64,000 bases of DNA. Source: Oligoflexia bacterium. GTDB taxonomy: Bacteria > Bdellovibrionota > UBA1018. Position numbers and translations under genes: made by a program. This document shows, piece after piece, positions 19,816 to 30,331 of this stretch (positions are counted from its first letter, which is position 1; every line of letters starts with the position of its first letter). The notes under the pieces were generated by a model. The model was not told the DNA's origin and ran no database searches. It was given only the letters and a program-made list of their open reading frames with translations. The stretch is taken from positions 736,001-800,000 of the forward strand of contig CAVWVI010000003.1 in the NCBI GenBank assembly GCA_963758495.1, read 5' to 3'.

Positions 19816-21419
19816 CGTTCAACCTCCTGGACCGACTTAGAATTCACGATACGATCTGAAGAAAGCAAAGCTTTTCGAGCCATGGCGATACCATAGCGAG
19901 TATCACTGAGTCCCTCCGTATCGTGAGCATCGGGATTGATTGAGGTCAACGTCTTTATTTTTCTCATCTGAGGTCCCCAACGCCAATCAATATCAAGCCT
20001 TGCTGGATTCGAATTCAGCTCCACGGCCACCCCACACTTGGAGGCTTCCGTCAGAATGGCATCCATATCAAGATCATAGCCCTTACGACCTAAGAGGAGT
20101 CGACCTGTAGGGTGCCCTAAAAAGCGAGTGTAAGGATTGCGAATCGCCGTAAGAATTCGGTCCGTCATAGCTTCTCTCTCCATTTGAAACCGAGAATGAA
20201 TCGAGGCAATCACAAAATCAAAGCGCTTTAAAACACTCGGCTCGTAGTCCAAAGAACCATCTGCCAGAATGTCGCTCTCAATTCCCCAAAAAATACGAAT
20301 TTTTGGATGCTTTTTTTGAACTTTTTGGATTTCTTTCTCTTGCTCAAGAAGCGTATCTTTTTTCAATCCCTGGGCATAAAATGCAGACTGACTGTGATCT
20401 GAAATGCCAATGTACTCGTAACCCAAATCCTCCGCTGCTTGAATCATCTGCTCTAATGTCGCTGCTCCATCTGAACGATTCGTATGATTATGAAAGACTC
20501 CACGAACACCCTTCCAAGGGAGAAGTTGAGATAAATACCCATTGCGAGCGAGATCCACTTCCTCACCTGTTTCGCGCAGCTCGGGCGAAATCCACGGCAG
20601 ATTTAACCTCTGATAAAATGCATCCTCTGTTGGAGCATGAAAAGATTCTGGATTTCCAAGAGCTTTCCAATGCTCAGCGGTTCCGGTTGTTTTTGCTAAT
20701 TCGTACCCAAATTTCTCACTTGAAGCAAAATACAACTGAACTGGGAGTACTGAAGGATAGCCTTGAATGAATTGAGCGACTTGATCTTCAATTTGATTTT
20801 TTGTCTTTTCACCATTTTTCAATTCAACTAAAAACTCAAGCTTTTGTAATATTTCAAGCTTTCGTCGAAGAGCTCCTGTTTCACTCACTCGAGCACCAGG
20901 ACAAGCCTCCTGCAGTTTCTTTAAAAACTTCTCCGCTTCTGAATCTACGTCACAAATTCTCTTCAACCCCTGAGTGGCTTGACTAAATAAAATTCCTTCC
21001 AAAATTTTTGTCTGTAATTTTAAACCAAATCCCTTGAGATTGAGAAGTCGATTTTCTTTACATGCATATTCGAGTTCTACCACCGACTGAATCCCTAGCT
21101 CTTGGATCAAAAGGCTGGCTTTCTTTGGTCCTAAGCCAGGCACTTGAGTTAATTCTAGAAGTCCCTTAGGAAGGGCTTGCAATAATTCATCACGAGCACC
21201 TGTTCTTCCATGGAGCAAAAATTCTGTGACTACCTCTTCAATGCCTTTTCCAACCCCTGGCAACTCCTTGAGTGTCCCTGCTTTAGCCCGTTCGAGTAAA
21301 TCATCTTGCACGGCCAAGTTTTGAGCTGCTTTGTCAAATGCTCGGATTTTGAATGGATTCTCACCCTTAAGCTCCATGAGTCTTCGCATTTCATTTAACA
21401 AATCAATTACATTAGACAT
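19797..21419 (-). CDS. polX: PolX-PHP family protein with a degenerate polymerase active site
   Basis: GENPFKIRAF, HhH motifs, PHP motifs HNHT..SDG, SDHS, HPTGR, PDAH. Confidence 0.88.
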   Translation of the reverse strand: MSNVIDLLNEMRRLMELKGENPFKIRAFDKAAQNLAVQDDLLERAKAGTLKELPGVGKGIEEVVTEFLLHGRTGARDELLQALPKGLLELTQVPGLGPKKASLLIQELGIQSVVELEYACKENRLLNLKGFGLKLQTKILEGILFSQATQGLKRICDVDSEAEKFLKKLQEACPGARVSETGALRRKLEILQKLEFLVELKNGEKTKNQIEDQVAQFIQGYPSVLPVQLYFASSEKFGYELAKTTGTAEHWKALGNPESFHAPTEDAFYQRLNLPWISPELRETGEEVDLARNGYLSQLLPWKGVRGVFHNHTNRSDGAATLEQMIQAAEDLGYEYIGISDHSQSAFYAQGLKKDTLLEQEKEIQKVQKKHPKIRIFWGIESDILADGSLDYEPSVLKRFDFVIASIHSRFQMEREAMTDRILTAIRNPYTRFLGHPTGRLLLGRKGYDLDMDAILTEASKCGVAVELNSNPARLDIDWRWGPQMRKIKTLTSINPDAHDTEGLSDTRYGIAMARKALLSSDRIVNSKSVQEVERWLKLV

Positions 21420-21518
21420 CCTGTGGTCTTCCCATAAAACTTGAATAAGAGCCAACGGTAGTTCAATAAATGGACTTCAATATTGAATCCAAACGTCTGT
21501 AGGAGTATAAGATGATGC

Positions 21519-22532
21519 ATGTCTCAAACAATTAAAGTTGGAATCAATGGCTTTGGCAGAATCGGCAGGAAAATCGCTCGGTTAGCACTACAGAGAGAAA
21601 ACATCGAAATTACCGGCATCAATGACCTCTCTAAGCCAGAGCAAATGGCCCATCTCTTTAAATACGACTCAGTCCATGGCACTCTTAAGGAAGATGTACA
21701 CCTTGAGGGCAACACGCTCTATGTTGGAAATCGCAGAATAAAACTCTCAGCAGAAAGGGACCCGTCTGTACTGCCTTGGGGACCTCTAGGAGCCACCATC
21801 GTCCACGAGTGCACAGGTATTTTCACAGACCACGAAAAAGCGGCACTCCACATCCAGGCCGGCGCTAAAAAGGTTATTATTTCAGCTCCTTCTAAAGATC
21901 CGGATATTACAATTTGCCTAGGCGTAAACGAAAATCAGTACATCCCTTCAAAGCATAACATCGTATCCAATGCCTCTTGCACCACAAATTGCCTCGCTCC
22001 TCTGGTCAAAGTTTTAGATGATCAATTTGGAGTGGTGCGTGGCACGATGCTCACCGTCCATAGTTATACCAATGATCAACAACTTCTGGACCTTGCACAC
22101 AAAGACCCAAGACGTGCTCGTGCTGCGGCAGTTTCTCAAATTCCAACTACAACTGGAGCTGCAAAGGCCGTCACCTTAGTCATCCCTCACCTCAAGGGAA
22201 AATTAGATGGATTGGCAATTCGTGTGCCTACACCGAATGTGTCGTTGGTTGACTTTACGGGTGAACTTAAAAAAACAGTAACGCGCGATGAAATCAATGC
22301 CGCATTCAAAAAGGCATCGCAGGATTCCCTTAAGGGTATTTTAGGCTATAGTACTGAACCTTTGGTATCTATCGATTTTAATGGCTGTGAAAATAGTTCG
22401 ACGATTGATGCAGAGTTAACTCATGTGGTCGATGGCAATTTCATAAAAGTCATTTCTTGGTATGATAATGAGTCTGGTTTTTCTGCAAGAATGTTAGATT
22501 TAAGCCTATTCATGGCAAATAAAGGTTTATAA
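21519..22532 (+). CDS. gap: Glyceraldehyde-3-phosphate dehydrogenase
   Basis: GINGFGRIG, SNASCTTNCL, SWYDNE. Confidence 0.97.
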   Translation: MSQTIKVGINGFGRIGRKIARLALQRENIEITGINDLSKPEQMAHLFKYDSVHGTLKEDVHLEGNTLYVGNRRIKLSAERDPSVLPWGPLGATIVHECTGIFTDHEKAALHIQAGAKKVIISAPSKDPDITICLGVNENQYIPSKHNIVSNASCTTNCLAPLVKVLDDQFGVVRGTMLTVHSYTNDQQLLDLAHKDPRRARAAAVSQIPTTTGAAKAVTLVIPHLKGKLDGLAIRVPTPNVSLVDFTGELKKTVTRDEINAAFKKASQDSLKGILGYSTEPLVSIDFNGCENSSTIDAELTHVVDGNFIKVISWYDNESGFSARMLDLSLFMANKGL

Positions 22533-22535
22533 GAA

Positions 22536-23759
22536 ATGCCTCACTCTACAATTTTGCAAAATATAAGAACCATTCGAGGTCTAGATTTAACATCTAAATC
22601 TGTTTTCATGCGAGTTGACTTCAATGTTCCCTTAACTCCTCCTGATGCAGACGGTGAAATACAAATTGAAGATGACACCCGAATTCAGGAGTCACTTCCA
22701 ACGATTCAATACGCTATTGAAAAGGGAGCCAAACTCATTTTGGCGTCTCATTTAGGAAGACCTGATGGAAAGAGAAAAGCTGAACTGAGTATGGAACCGG
22801 TCGCACGCCGATTAGCCACCCTATTAGGGCGCGAAGTCACGCTAGCCGATGATTGCATAGGTGATGGGATCGAGCTGATGGCTCAAAGCCTGAAGAATGG
22901 CCAAATTTTACTTTTAGAAAATCTTAGATTTTATCCGGGTGAAGAAGCAAACGATCCTGAATTCGCTGCACGTTTAGCTCGCCTAGGAGAAGTTTATATT
23001 ACAGACGCTTTTGGAACAGCTCATCGAAAACATGCATCTACCTATGGTGTACCTTCCTTAGTCTCACAACGAGGCATGGGATTCTTAATCGAGAAGGAAC
23101 TTCAATATTTAGACCCTCTCCTTTATCAACCCAAGAAGCCTTTTATCGTCCTTCTCGGGGGCGTGAAGGTAACTGATAAAATAAAAACCATTGAATCCCT
23201 CATGAGAAAAGTAGATGGTTTACTGATTGGTGGCGCAATGGCTCATGCATTCTGGGCTGCACAAGGTGACGAAATTCCCGCAGGTGCAAAGCACCCAAAA
23301 CAAGAAGATATCGAGGCTGCTCGCTCCATCATGAAAGATGCTCGAAGACGTGAACTTGAACTACTCGTCCCCGCAGATACAAAAGACGGATTTGATATCG
23401 GACCAAAAACGATCCAAAAATTCACTCAAATTCTTTCCAAAGCTTCAACGATTTTTTGGAATGGCCCTATGGGCTGGTTTGAAAAGCCAGGGTACGAAAC
23501 TGGCTCTTTCGAAATTGCTCGTGCAATTGCTGCCAATACCCAGGCGGTTAAAATCGTCGGAGGGGGAGATACAGTTGCAGCAGTTAAAAAGGCTGGGGTT
23601 GCTGATCAATTTAACCATCTTTCTACGGGGGGTGGCGCTGTATTAGAATACTTAGAAGGCAAAGGTCTTCCAGGTATTGACGTTCTCAAATTATCAAACC
23701 GAGAAAAACAAGCAAACCAACATCTCACCGATGATAATGAAGGCAAGATCGTTCGCTAA
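22536..23759 (+). CDS. pgk: Phosphoglycerate kinase
   Basis: RVDFNVP, SHLGRP, LLENLRF, STGGGA. Confidence 0.97.
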   Translation: MPHSTILQNIRTIRGLDLTSKSVFMRVDFNVPLTPPDADGEIQIEDDTRIQESLPTIQYAIEKGAKLILASHLGRPDGKRKAELSMEPVARRLATLLGREVTLADDCIGDGIELMAQSLKNGQILLLENLRFYPGEEANDPEFAARLARLGEVYITDAFGTAHRKHASTYGVPSLVSQRGMGFLIEKELQYLDPLLYQPKKPFIVLLGGVKVTDKIKTIESLMRKVDGLLIGGAMAHAFWAAQGDEIPAGAKHPKQEDIEAARSIMKDARRRELELLVPADTKDGFDIGPKTIQKFTQILSKASTIFWNGPMGWFEKPGYETGSFEIARAIAANTQAVKIVGGGDTVAAVKKAGVADQFNHLSTGGGAVLEYLEGKGLPGIDVLKLSNREKQANQHLTDDNEGKIVR

Positions 23760-23767
23760 AATTCCAA

Positions 23768-24598
23768 ATGTATAAATCAAAAGGAATTTTAATAGCCGGC
23801 AATTGGAAAATGAATCTGACTTTGAAAGAAACTGAACAGTTTTTTTCAAGTCTTCGAGATTTATCCTCTACTTATTTAGATTCCGAAGCACTGACTTTAC
23901 TCAAAAGTCGGAGTTTACGTGCTTGCCTCATTCCTTCTTATCTTTCTTTGGAAAAAGCTCGATCCAAACTCAGCCTCAGTCCATTCCCGATTACTCTTGC
24001 AGCACAAAATGCACATTGGGAACAAAGGGGTGCTTTTACCGGTGAAGTTTCTGGACCGATGTTGCAAGAAATAGGAATCCATTGGGCTTTGGTGGGTCAC
24101 TCTGAGCGTAGACACGCCTTTGGTGAAACGGATGCCACTGTACGAAAGCGGGCAGAAAGTCTTTTAACTCAAGGCTTTCACGTTATTCTTTGTATCGGAG
24201 AAACCCAATCAGAACGAGAAGCGGGAAAGACTGTAGAAATACTCACTCGTCAACTCAATGAGGGTCTTCCCAATCTCCTCTCTCATTTAAAAGACTTATC
24301 AGAGAGCAAACTCATTCTTGCTTATGAACCGGTCTGGGCCATAGGAACAGGCCTCACTGCAACTCCCTCACAAGCAGAAGAAGTTCATCAAATGATCTGC
24401 AAATATCTTGAAGATCGATTGGGAGCTGAAGTTTCAAATAAAATTCCTATTCTTTACGGTGGAAGTGTTACGCCAGATAACATCGATTCTCTTCTGTCTT
24501 GTCCTCATATAGACGGTGCATTAGTGGGGGGAGCGAGTATCAAACCCGAAAGTTTTCTCGCGCTTTTAAAAGCGGGCGCAAGAACTTTAGAAAACTAA
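23768..24598 (+). CDS. tpiA: Triosephosphate isomerase
   Basis: AGNWKMN, GHSERR, AYEPVWAIGTG. Confidence 0.97.
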   Translation: MYKSKGILIAGNWKMNLTLKETEQFFSSLRDLSSTYLDSEALTLLKSRSLRACLIPSYLSLEKARSKLSLSPFPITLAAQNAHWEQRGAFTGEVSGPMLQEIGIHWALVGHSERRHAFGETDATVRKRAESLLTQGFHVILCIGETQSEREAGKTVEILTRQLNEGLPNLLSHLKDLSESKLILAYEPVWAIGTGLTATPSQAEEVHQMICKYLEDRLGAEVSNKIPILYGGSVTPDNIDSLLSCPHIDGALVGGASIKPESFLALLKAGARTLEN

Positions 24599-25435
24599 CT
24601 AAAAACTGAAGCCTAACTTTGTACCGATCGAATTAAATCCAGCAGGACTGTAGGCACCTTCTAGAGTAAGACGGAACCCTATATTAGGGACTTTTAAACT
24701 CAACCCCAAAAATGCGAGAAGGCCTCCGCCATTGCCATTCACCGGATCCAATCCCGGAATATCTATTCCTGTATTATTGATAATACTCAGCTGACCCGTA
24801 GCATACTGATACCCGATCCCCATATAGGGATCTGCGAAATCCAATTTTCTCGAGACGACAAGTTCGGGTGTCCAAGTGACTGTATCCACTGCAAGACCAA
24901 TACTTTGACTCAGGTAACTCACATCTCCAAGCGGGATATGGGTTGAACTGCGACTCAGACGAATTGCCCAAGTCAGTCCTTCTTCAGGATTAAAGACTAC
25001 CCATTTTAAATCTACTGCCCAAGTCAGGTACCCCTGAAAAGAGAGCGCTGAACCCCCTATGTCCACACAATTAGATATTCCCTTGTGTAAATTCAGCTCA
25101 GTTAAACTCGGGAGAACTGGAGGAGTCGAAATATCGACCCCCTGTGTTGCCAAAGCTGCAGACAGAAGATCTGGAACTTGAACCAGAACGACTTGAATTC
25201 CAAAATCTAACCCGAGCTGGGTACCTAAAGGCGTGGCGGGTTCGAAAGGTCTATGATCTAGGACACGTCCAAGTGTCGTCACCATCGCATTTGCAATATC
25301 ACCATTTAAAAACTGGAGCGGATCACTGAAAGCCCCACCTAAAGAAATTCCTGAAAATCCATAAGCCACTGTTTTTCCAATAAAAATTGAAAAAATGAAA
25401 ACAAACTTTCCCAGTTTGAAGAATTCGGATCCCAT
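24599..25435 (-). CDS. Putative outer-membrane beta-barrel protein
   Basis: Signal peptide, amphipathic strands, C-terminal ..TKLGFSF. Confidence 0.6.
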   Translation of the reverse strand: MGSEFFKLGKFVFIFSIFIGKTVAYGFSGISLGGAFSDPLQFLNGDIANAMVTTLGRVLDHRPFEPATPLGTQLGLDFGIQVVLVQVPDLLSAALATQGVDISTPPVLPSLTELNLHKGISNCVDIGGSALSFQGYLTWAVDLKWVVFNPEEGLTWAIRLSRSSTHIPLGDVSYLSQSIGLAVDTVTWTPELVVSRKLDFADPYMGIGYQYATGQLSIINNTGIDIPGLDPVNGNGGGLLAFLGLSLKVPNIGFRLTLEGAYSPAGFNSIGTKLGFSF

Positions 25436-25459
25436 TTATATTCAGTTTATCATGAGCCA

Positions 25460-27709
25460 TTATTTTACAGTGAAAACTCTTAATTGCCCTGTTTTCCGAG
25501 TCACTTCAACGGATGTCCCATATTGAGTGCTTCGAACTACCAAGTCGATCTCCCAGTCTCTTCCTTGGAGATTCTTGATTTCCAATACCTTCATTTTCGG
25601 CGTCAAGAGAGGAGAATTAAATACTAAATAGGACTGGTCCACATCCATGGAAATTCCCAACATTGACTTTAACATCAAAAAAATCGCCCCTGCTGCCCAA
25701 GCTTGGGGTTTACAAGCAACCTCATAGGGAACAGGAGGCTCAAAGCCCCTTTTTCGAAATCCACAGTAAAGTTCGGGAAGTCTAAAATCATCACTCGATT
25801 CCAATACCTCGATCATTGCGATGGCTAATTTTTCTAGACTTGAAGTAAAATTATAAAGCCGTAATCCTTCCATAATAATTGAATTGTCATGAGGCCAAAT
25901 TGACCCATTATGGTAGCTCAAGGGATTATAAGCTGCCTCTCCATTGGCGAGGGTACGAATACCATGTCCACTAAACATGGCTCTGGACATCAAGATTCGG
26001 GTCACTTGCTCTGCTTGATCAGGAGTTAAAATCTGAGACCATAAACAATGCCCCATATTAGAGCTTTTCACCTCACAACTCTCTAAATTCCCATCAATCG
26101 CTAAATTGATGAATTGTCCCACACTATTCCAAAAACGTTCTTTAAATTTAAGTTTGAGTTCGAGAGCTTCCCTTCGATAACGAATTGCTAAGTCTTCATA
26201 ACCCAAGACACGAGCGAGAGACGCCATATTCATTCGAGCTCTAAAAGAATATCCCTGCACTTCGCAAAGTCGAATCGGGAGTACTGCCAGACGACCATCC
26301 GCATGCATAATAGAATCATGAGAATCCTTCCAACCTTGATTGACGAGGCCGGATGCAGACTGTTTTGCGTACTCTAGAAAACCATCCCCATCTGAATCCC
26401 CCCATTTCTCAATCCATTCCATCGCTTTCAATGCATAAGGCCACCATTTTTTAAGATTTTCCTTATCCATTGTCCATCGAATGTATTCATGAAGAAGAAT
26501 TAAAGCCAAAGGGGTCGAATCTACTGAGCCGAAATAAGGAATAAAAGGCACCTCACGCGTCCTCGCCATTTCACCATGCCTCATCTCATGAAAGACTTTT
26601 CCGGGCTGTTCATCCGTGAAAGCATCTACTTTTGTCCCTAACTGATTAAATACATAGTCTAGAACCCCTTTCGCAACTGAAGGATACCAAGGCAATAATT
26701 GGTAAGCCGTAATAATTCCGTCTCTCCCAAAGGGAGCACTAAACCAAGGTATTCCAGCATAAGGATAAAGATAATTCGGATGTTCCTGAGTGAGGAGCAT
26801 ATAAATATCTGTCTTCGCGTTAAGAATCGAACGATTTACAATTCCATTATCAGATTGAAACACTAATGAAGAAAATGGAGACGTCTCCATGCCACTGATC
26901 AATAATTTCATTTTATCGGCAATCGTCACCTGAGCATATGGAATTTGGTAAAATTTACCGTCAGTCAACCGATCGAAGGAAATGACCGTCTTTAAAAGCT
27001 GAGTTCCTTTTGCAGGTACTTGTATACGCGTAAAATAGCCAGCCAATGAAGGAGAAACCCTGATCTTTTCAGCATTAAATAATCTATGAATATAAGTACT
27101 CCGAACCCGTGAATCCAAACCTTCATATTGCAATATTGTAATCTGTTCACCTTCTTTCTTAATCTCTTCAGGGGGTAGCATTCTACCCCTCTTTTTCCTA
27201 GGAAAGCCTCGTACTTCAAATACATCATCAAATCTACCCCCAGCCCACTGCTCTATTTGGAGAGAATGATGGGTTGAGCTAAAATTTTTAATCTCGACCG
27301 TTTCAAAAAGAATATCTTCTAAAAATGTTAAAACCCGACGTATCAAAAATGTGTCACGACGAATTCTACCGCCAGGTTCATCTATTTTTTGAAAATCCTG
27401 ATTAGTCATCGAAAATACAACTGTATTTCCTCCAAAACGTAATTCATGAGAAAGAGCAACAGGAGACGTTCCATTGAAAGTCATCTCCCAAATTCCAAGA
27501 TAACGAGTATCGTGATAATAAAATCCGAGTTCAGAAGCATTCGTATAGAGCCGGGGTGCCTCACCTTGAGGATCCACGACTGCAAATGATGAATTGTCTT
27601 TAAAGCTAACTTTAGGTATTCCCGTCAGCAACGCGCTGGACGGGATGTAAGATATTCCATCGATGACGATCGGACCCTGCCCCTTTAGCGGCGACATGTC
27701 GGTAGACAC
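25460..27709 (-). CDS. Amylo-alpha-1,6-glucosidase / glycogen-debranching family
   Basis: AGIPWFSAPFGRD, NQGWKDS, YHNGSIWPHDN, RLPELYCG. Confidence 0.9.
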   Translation of the reverse strand: MSTDMSPLKGQGPIVIDGISYIPSSALLTGIPKVSFKDNSSFAVVDPQGEAPRLYTNASELGFYYHDTRYLGIWEMTFNGTSPVALSHELRFGGNTVVFSMTNQDFQKIDEPGGRIRRDTFLIRRVLTFLEDILFETVEIKNFSSTHHSLQIEQWAGGRFDDVFEVRGFPRKKRGRMLPPEEIKKEGEQITILQYEGLDSRVRSTYIHRLFNAEKIRVSPSLAGYFTRIQVPAKGTQLLKTVISFDRLTDGKFYQIPYAQVTIADKMKLLISGMETSPFSSLVFQSDNGIVNRSILNAKTDIYMLLTQEHPNYLYPYAGIPWFSAPFGRDGIITAYQLLPWYPSVAKGVLDYVFNQLGTKVDAFTDEQPGKVFHEMRHGEMARTREVPFIPYFGSVDSTPLALILLHEYIRWTMDKENLKKWWPYALKAMEWIEKWGDSDGDGFLEYAKQSASGLVNQGWKDSHDSIMHADGRLAVLPIRLCEVQGYSFRARMNMASLARVLGYEDLAIRYRREALELKLKFKERFWNSVGQFINLAIDGNLESCEVKSSNMGHCLWSQILTPDQAEQVTRILMSRAMFSGHGIRTLANGEAAYNPLSYHNGSIWPHDNSIIMEGLRLYNFTSSLEKLAIAMIEVLESSDDFRLPELYCGFRKRGFEPPVPYEVACKPQAWAAGAIFLMLKSMLGISMDVDQSYLVFNSPLLTPKMKVLEIKNLQGRDWEIDLVVRSTQYGTSVEVTRKTGQLRVFTVK

Positions 27710-28730
27710 GGATATAATCCTCCGTCATTCTTTGAAGAGAAAAATTTTTTTTAACCCATTCTCTACAATGATTACGATCGATTTTGATAATGTCTTTGAC
27801 TCGACTTGCGAGCTTCTGAATATCTTTATCCACATAGCCTGTAATACCGTCCTGCAAAATTTCAGGAACTGCTCCCGAAGGCCTAGCCAATACAGGAGTG
27901 CCACAAGCAAGTGATTCTATCATCACCAGTCCGAACGGTTCGGGCCAGTCAATTGGAAAAGCCAGAGCTAAAGCATTACCCAAAAATTCAGATTTTTCAG
28001 CTTCCGTAATTTCACCTACATATTCGATGAACTTTCCATCTACATAGGGTTTTACAAAAGTGTCGTAGTATTGCTGGCTTTCTATGCCTTCAATTTTTGC
28101 TGCAATCTTAAGAGGCACGCCGGATTGAAGTGCAATTTCAATTGCCCACTCCGGTCGCTTCTCTGCAGATATCCTTCCTAAAAAAGCAAGATATTTCCCT
28201 GGGTTTTTATGGAAAACAAAATCGTTCACATTAATTCCATGATAAATCGTTCTTTCCCACGTAATTGACTTTAGAAAATCTGCTTGGCAATCACTAATGG
28301 AAACATAGGAACATTCTGGAAAACTTGAATAGGCAGCAACCAGATCTGGATGATCCAATCGACCATGAAGAGTTGTTACGAGAGGCGTTTGAGTCAGCCG
28401 ACTTAATGGAAGCATCCAATAGTCATGGTGGTTATGGATCATATCAAACTCGTGCGCCCGCTCAGCAACCATCGATAGCATTCGAAAACTATAACTTGCA
28501 GAATCAACCACCCGTTCTTTACGTAATCTTAATGCTTTTTCAACTACTGGTATTGTTTGACCTTCAATACAAGAGTCCCCAGAACCAAACAAAACTACCT
28601 CTATATGAGCGTCTTTTAATCCTCGACAAAGATTAGATATTACCCTCTCAGTTCCTCCATAGAGCCGAGGAGGTACGCTTTCAAAAAGAGGAGAAAGCAT
28701 TGCCACACGCATTAGGCAAAACAAATGCAA
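27612..28730 (-). CDS. GT4 glycosyltransferase
   Basis: VPPRLYGGTERV, FPIDWPEPFGLVMIESLACGTPV. Confidence 0.93.
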   Translation of the reverse strand: MHLFCLMRVAMLSPLFESVPPRLYGGTERVISNLCRGLKDAHIEVVLFGSGDSCIEGQTIPVVEKALRLRKERVVDSASYSFRMLSMVAERAHEFDMIHNHHDYWMLPLSRLTQTPLVTTLHGRLDHPDLVAAYSSFPECSYVSISDCQADFLKSITWERTIYHGINVNDFVFHKNPGKYLAFLGRISAEKRPEWAIEIALQSGVPLKIAAKIEGIESQQYYDTFVKPYVDGKFIEYVGEITEAEKSEFLGNALALAFPIDWPEPFGLVMIESLACGTPVLARPSGAVPEILQDGITGYVDKDIQKLASRVKDIIKIDRNHCREWVKKNFSLQRMTEDYIRVYRHVAAKGAGSDRHRWNILHPVQRVADGNT

Positions 28731-28790
28731 TCAGCAGACCAACCTTGACAGAAGAGTCGTGCGGCATGAGGATCGTGCAAATAGAGATTG

Positions 28791-30167
28791 CTATTGGCCT
28801 TGAGTTTGGGTTTGTCCTTGGGGTTGTCCTTGAATCTGTAATGACTGCTGTACTTGATTCATAATACTTTGAGTTTGTTGAATTTGTGCATTTTTCTGTT
28901 GCTGCTGTTGTTGCTGCTGTTGTGCTGCGGCTTGTTGCGCATTCTGTATCATTTGCTGGTTCTGTTGTTCTGTTGCCTGTTGATTTTGGGTGTTTTGCTG
29001 CATCTGATCCTGCATCTGTTGCATCATCATCATTTGATTATTCATTCCCATCCCGCCACCCATCATTCCCATTCCACCACCCATCATTCCCATTCCGCCA
29101 CCCATCATTCCCATTCCACTACCCATCATTCCCATTCCGCTACCCATCATTCCCATTCCGCCCATTCCGCCCATTCCGCCCATCAAATTAAAATTACTCT
29201 GGGGATGATTAGTTTGAGAATTCTGAGGATCATCAGCAGAAGAATCTTCCTGTTCTCGACTACTTCCTCTCCCTCCCACAACCTCCACTTGTGGATCTTC
29301 ACTTACTGAATTTGCATTTTGATTATTAGATAGAGATTGAGAACTAACTTGCAAATTACCTTTTAAATTACCTTTTAAATTAGATGAAGAATAAGAACCT
29401 GTGGCCTCTTCGACTTTTGACTCAGACACTCCGGCTCCAGGCGTTTGCGGCACTCCGCTTGAAACAACGGAAGGTACGGCAGGAGATCCTAAAGACTTTG
29501 ATCCTAATTGAGAACTGGATTGACTCGCCATTTTGGAATCATTTTGCTGAGGAGTAGGTTGCATTCCCGTAAGTTGCTGAGATTGAATAGAATTACGCTT
29601 TTGTAGATTCTGTTGTGGTCTATTCTGTTGTGACCGTGCGATGGGAGCGCGTGCCTGTTGTGCGTTTATTTTTTGGACGGCTTCCTTATTTTCTTCTTGA
29701 GCAGCTTCGTAATCACTCTGCTTCTTTTCCTTACTTTGAATAATTTGATCTTGTTGAGCCTTCTCCCTTGCAGCCTGTTGAGCTTTTAGCTGAGCTGCCT
29801 TTGATTTAGCCTCTGCATTCAATTGAATCTGTCGATCGTTCTGTGCCTTCAGCTTTTCTTGCTGCGCTGTTGCTATTGCTTTTGCCTTATCTTGAGCTGC
29901 CTGCAGCTGTTTCTGCTTTGCCGCTTGTTGCTGTTTAAGTTGATTCGCTCGCTCTGCTTCCTGTCGCCGTTTTGCTGCTTGTTGCTGTGCACGCTTTTGA
30001 TTCAGGCGTCTTTCTTGTTGAATTTGCCTACTTCGCTCCCTCGCTTGCTGTTGTTGCATCATTTTTTCTTCTGATGCTATTTCCTCTGCCATGTTATTAT
30101 CCGCCCACGCAGTAGGAATGCTTTGAATGACGAGTAAACAAATCAACAATATTTGATACATATTCAT
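28791..30167 (-). CDS. Secreted low-complexity Q-rich and G/M-rich protein
   Basis: Signal peptide (..AWA|D), Q/A/K coiled coil, (GMMGGGM)n, poly-Q tail. Confidence 0.75.
   Translation of the reverse strand: MNMYQILLICLLVIQSIPTAWADNNMAEEIASEEKMMQQQQARERSRQIQQERRLNQKRAQQQAAKRRQEAERANQLKQQQAAKQKQLQAAQDKAKAIATAQQEKLKAQNDRQIQLNAEAKSKAAQLKAQQAAREKAQQDQIIQSKEKKQSDYEAAQEENKEAVQKINAQQARAPIARSQQNRPQQNLQKRNSIQSQQLTGMQPTPQQNDSKMASQSSSQLGSKSLGSPAVPSVVSSGVPQTPGAGVSESKVEEATGSYSSSNLKGNLKGNLQVSSQSLSNNQNANSVSEDPQVEVVGGRGSSREQEDSSADDPQNSQTNHPQSNFNLMGGMGGMGGMGMMGSGMGMMGSGMGMMGGGMGMMGGGMGMMGGGMGMNNQMMMMQQMQDQMQQNTQNQQATEQQNQQMIQNAQQAAAQQQQQQQQQKNAQIQQTQSIMNQVQQSLQIQGQPQGQTQTQGQ
29044..29183 (-). repeat. 21-bp and 9-bp tandem repeats encoding a G/M-rich tract
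   Basis: About 5 copies of cccatcattcccattcc(g/a)c(c/t)a plus (cccattccg)n. Confidence 0.9.
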
Positions 30168-30218
30168 TCGCCCCTTAAAATTAAATCATCACTTCTCAAC
30201 AGTTACTGACAGTTTTCT

Positions 30219-30325
30219 GTAAACAGTTCCTTTATGGCTATTGATAAGCGCTGTAAGGAGAGAGTTCTGTTGTGCCGTAAAGTCTCTTGGATTCCCGACG
30301 CAACAGGACTCCTTACAGTGCTTAC
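30219..30325 (+). mobile_element. MITE-like element, copy 2
   Basis: gtaaacagttcctttatggc...cttac with the same hairpin; flanks gttttct/gttttcc. Confidence 0.8.
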
Positions 30326-30331
30326 GTTTTC

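Noticed and set aside
27612..27709. 98-nt overlap between the GT4 and debranching-enzyme genes
   Set aside because: A common gene pair; the true start may be downstream.
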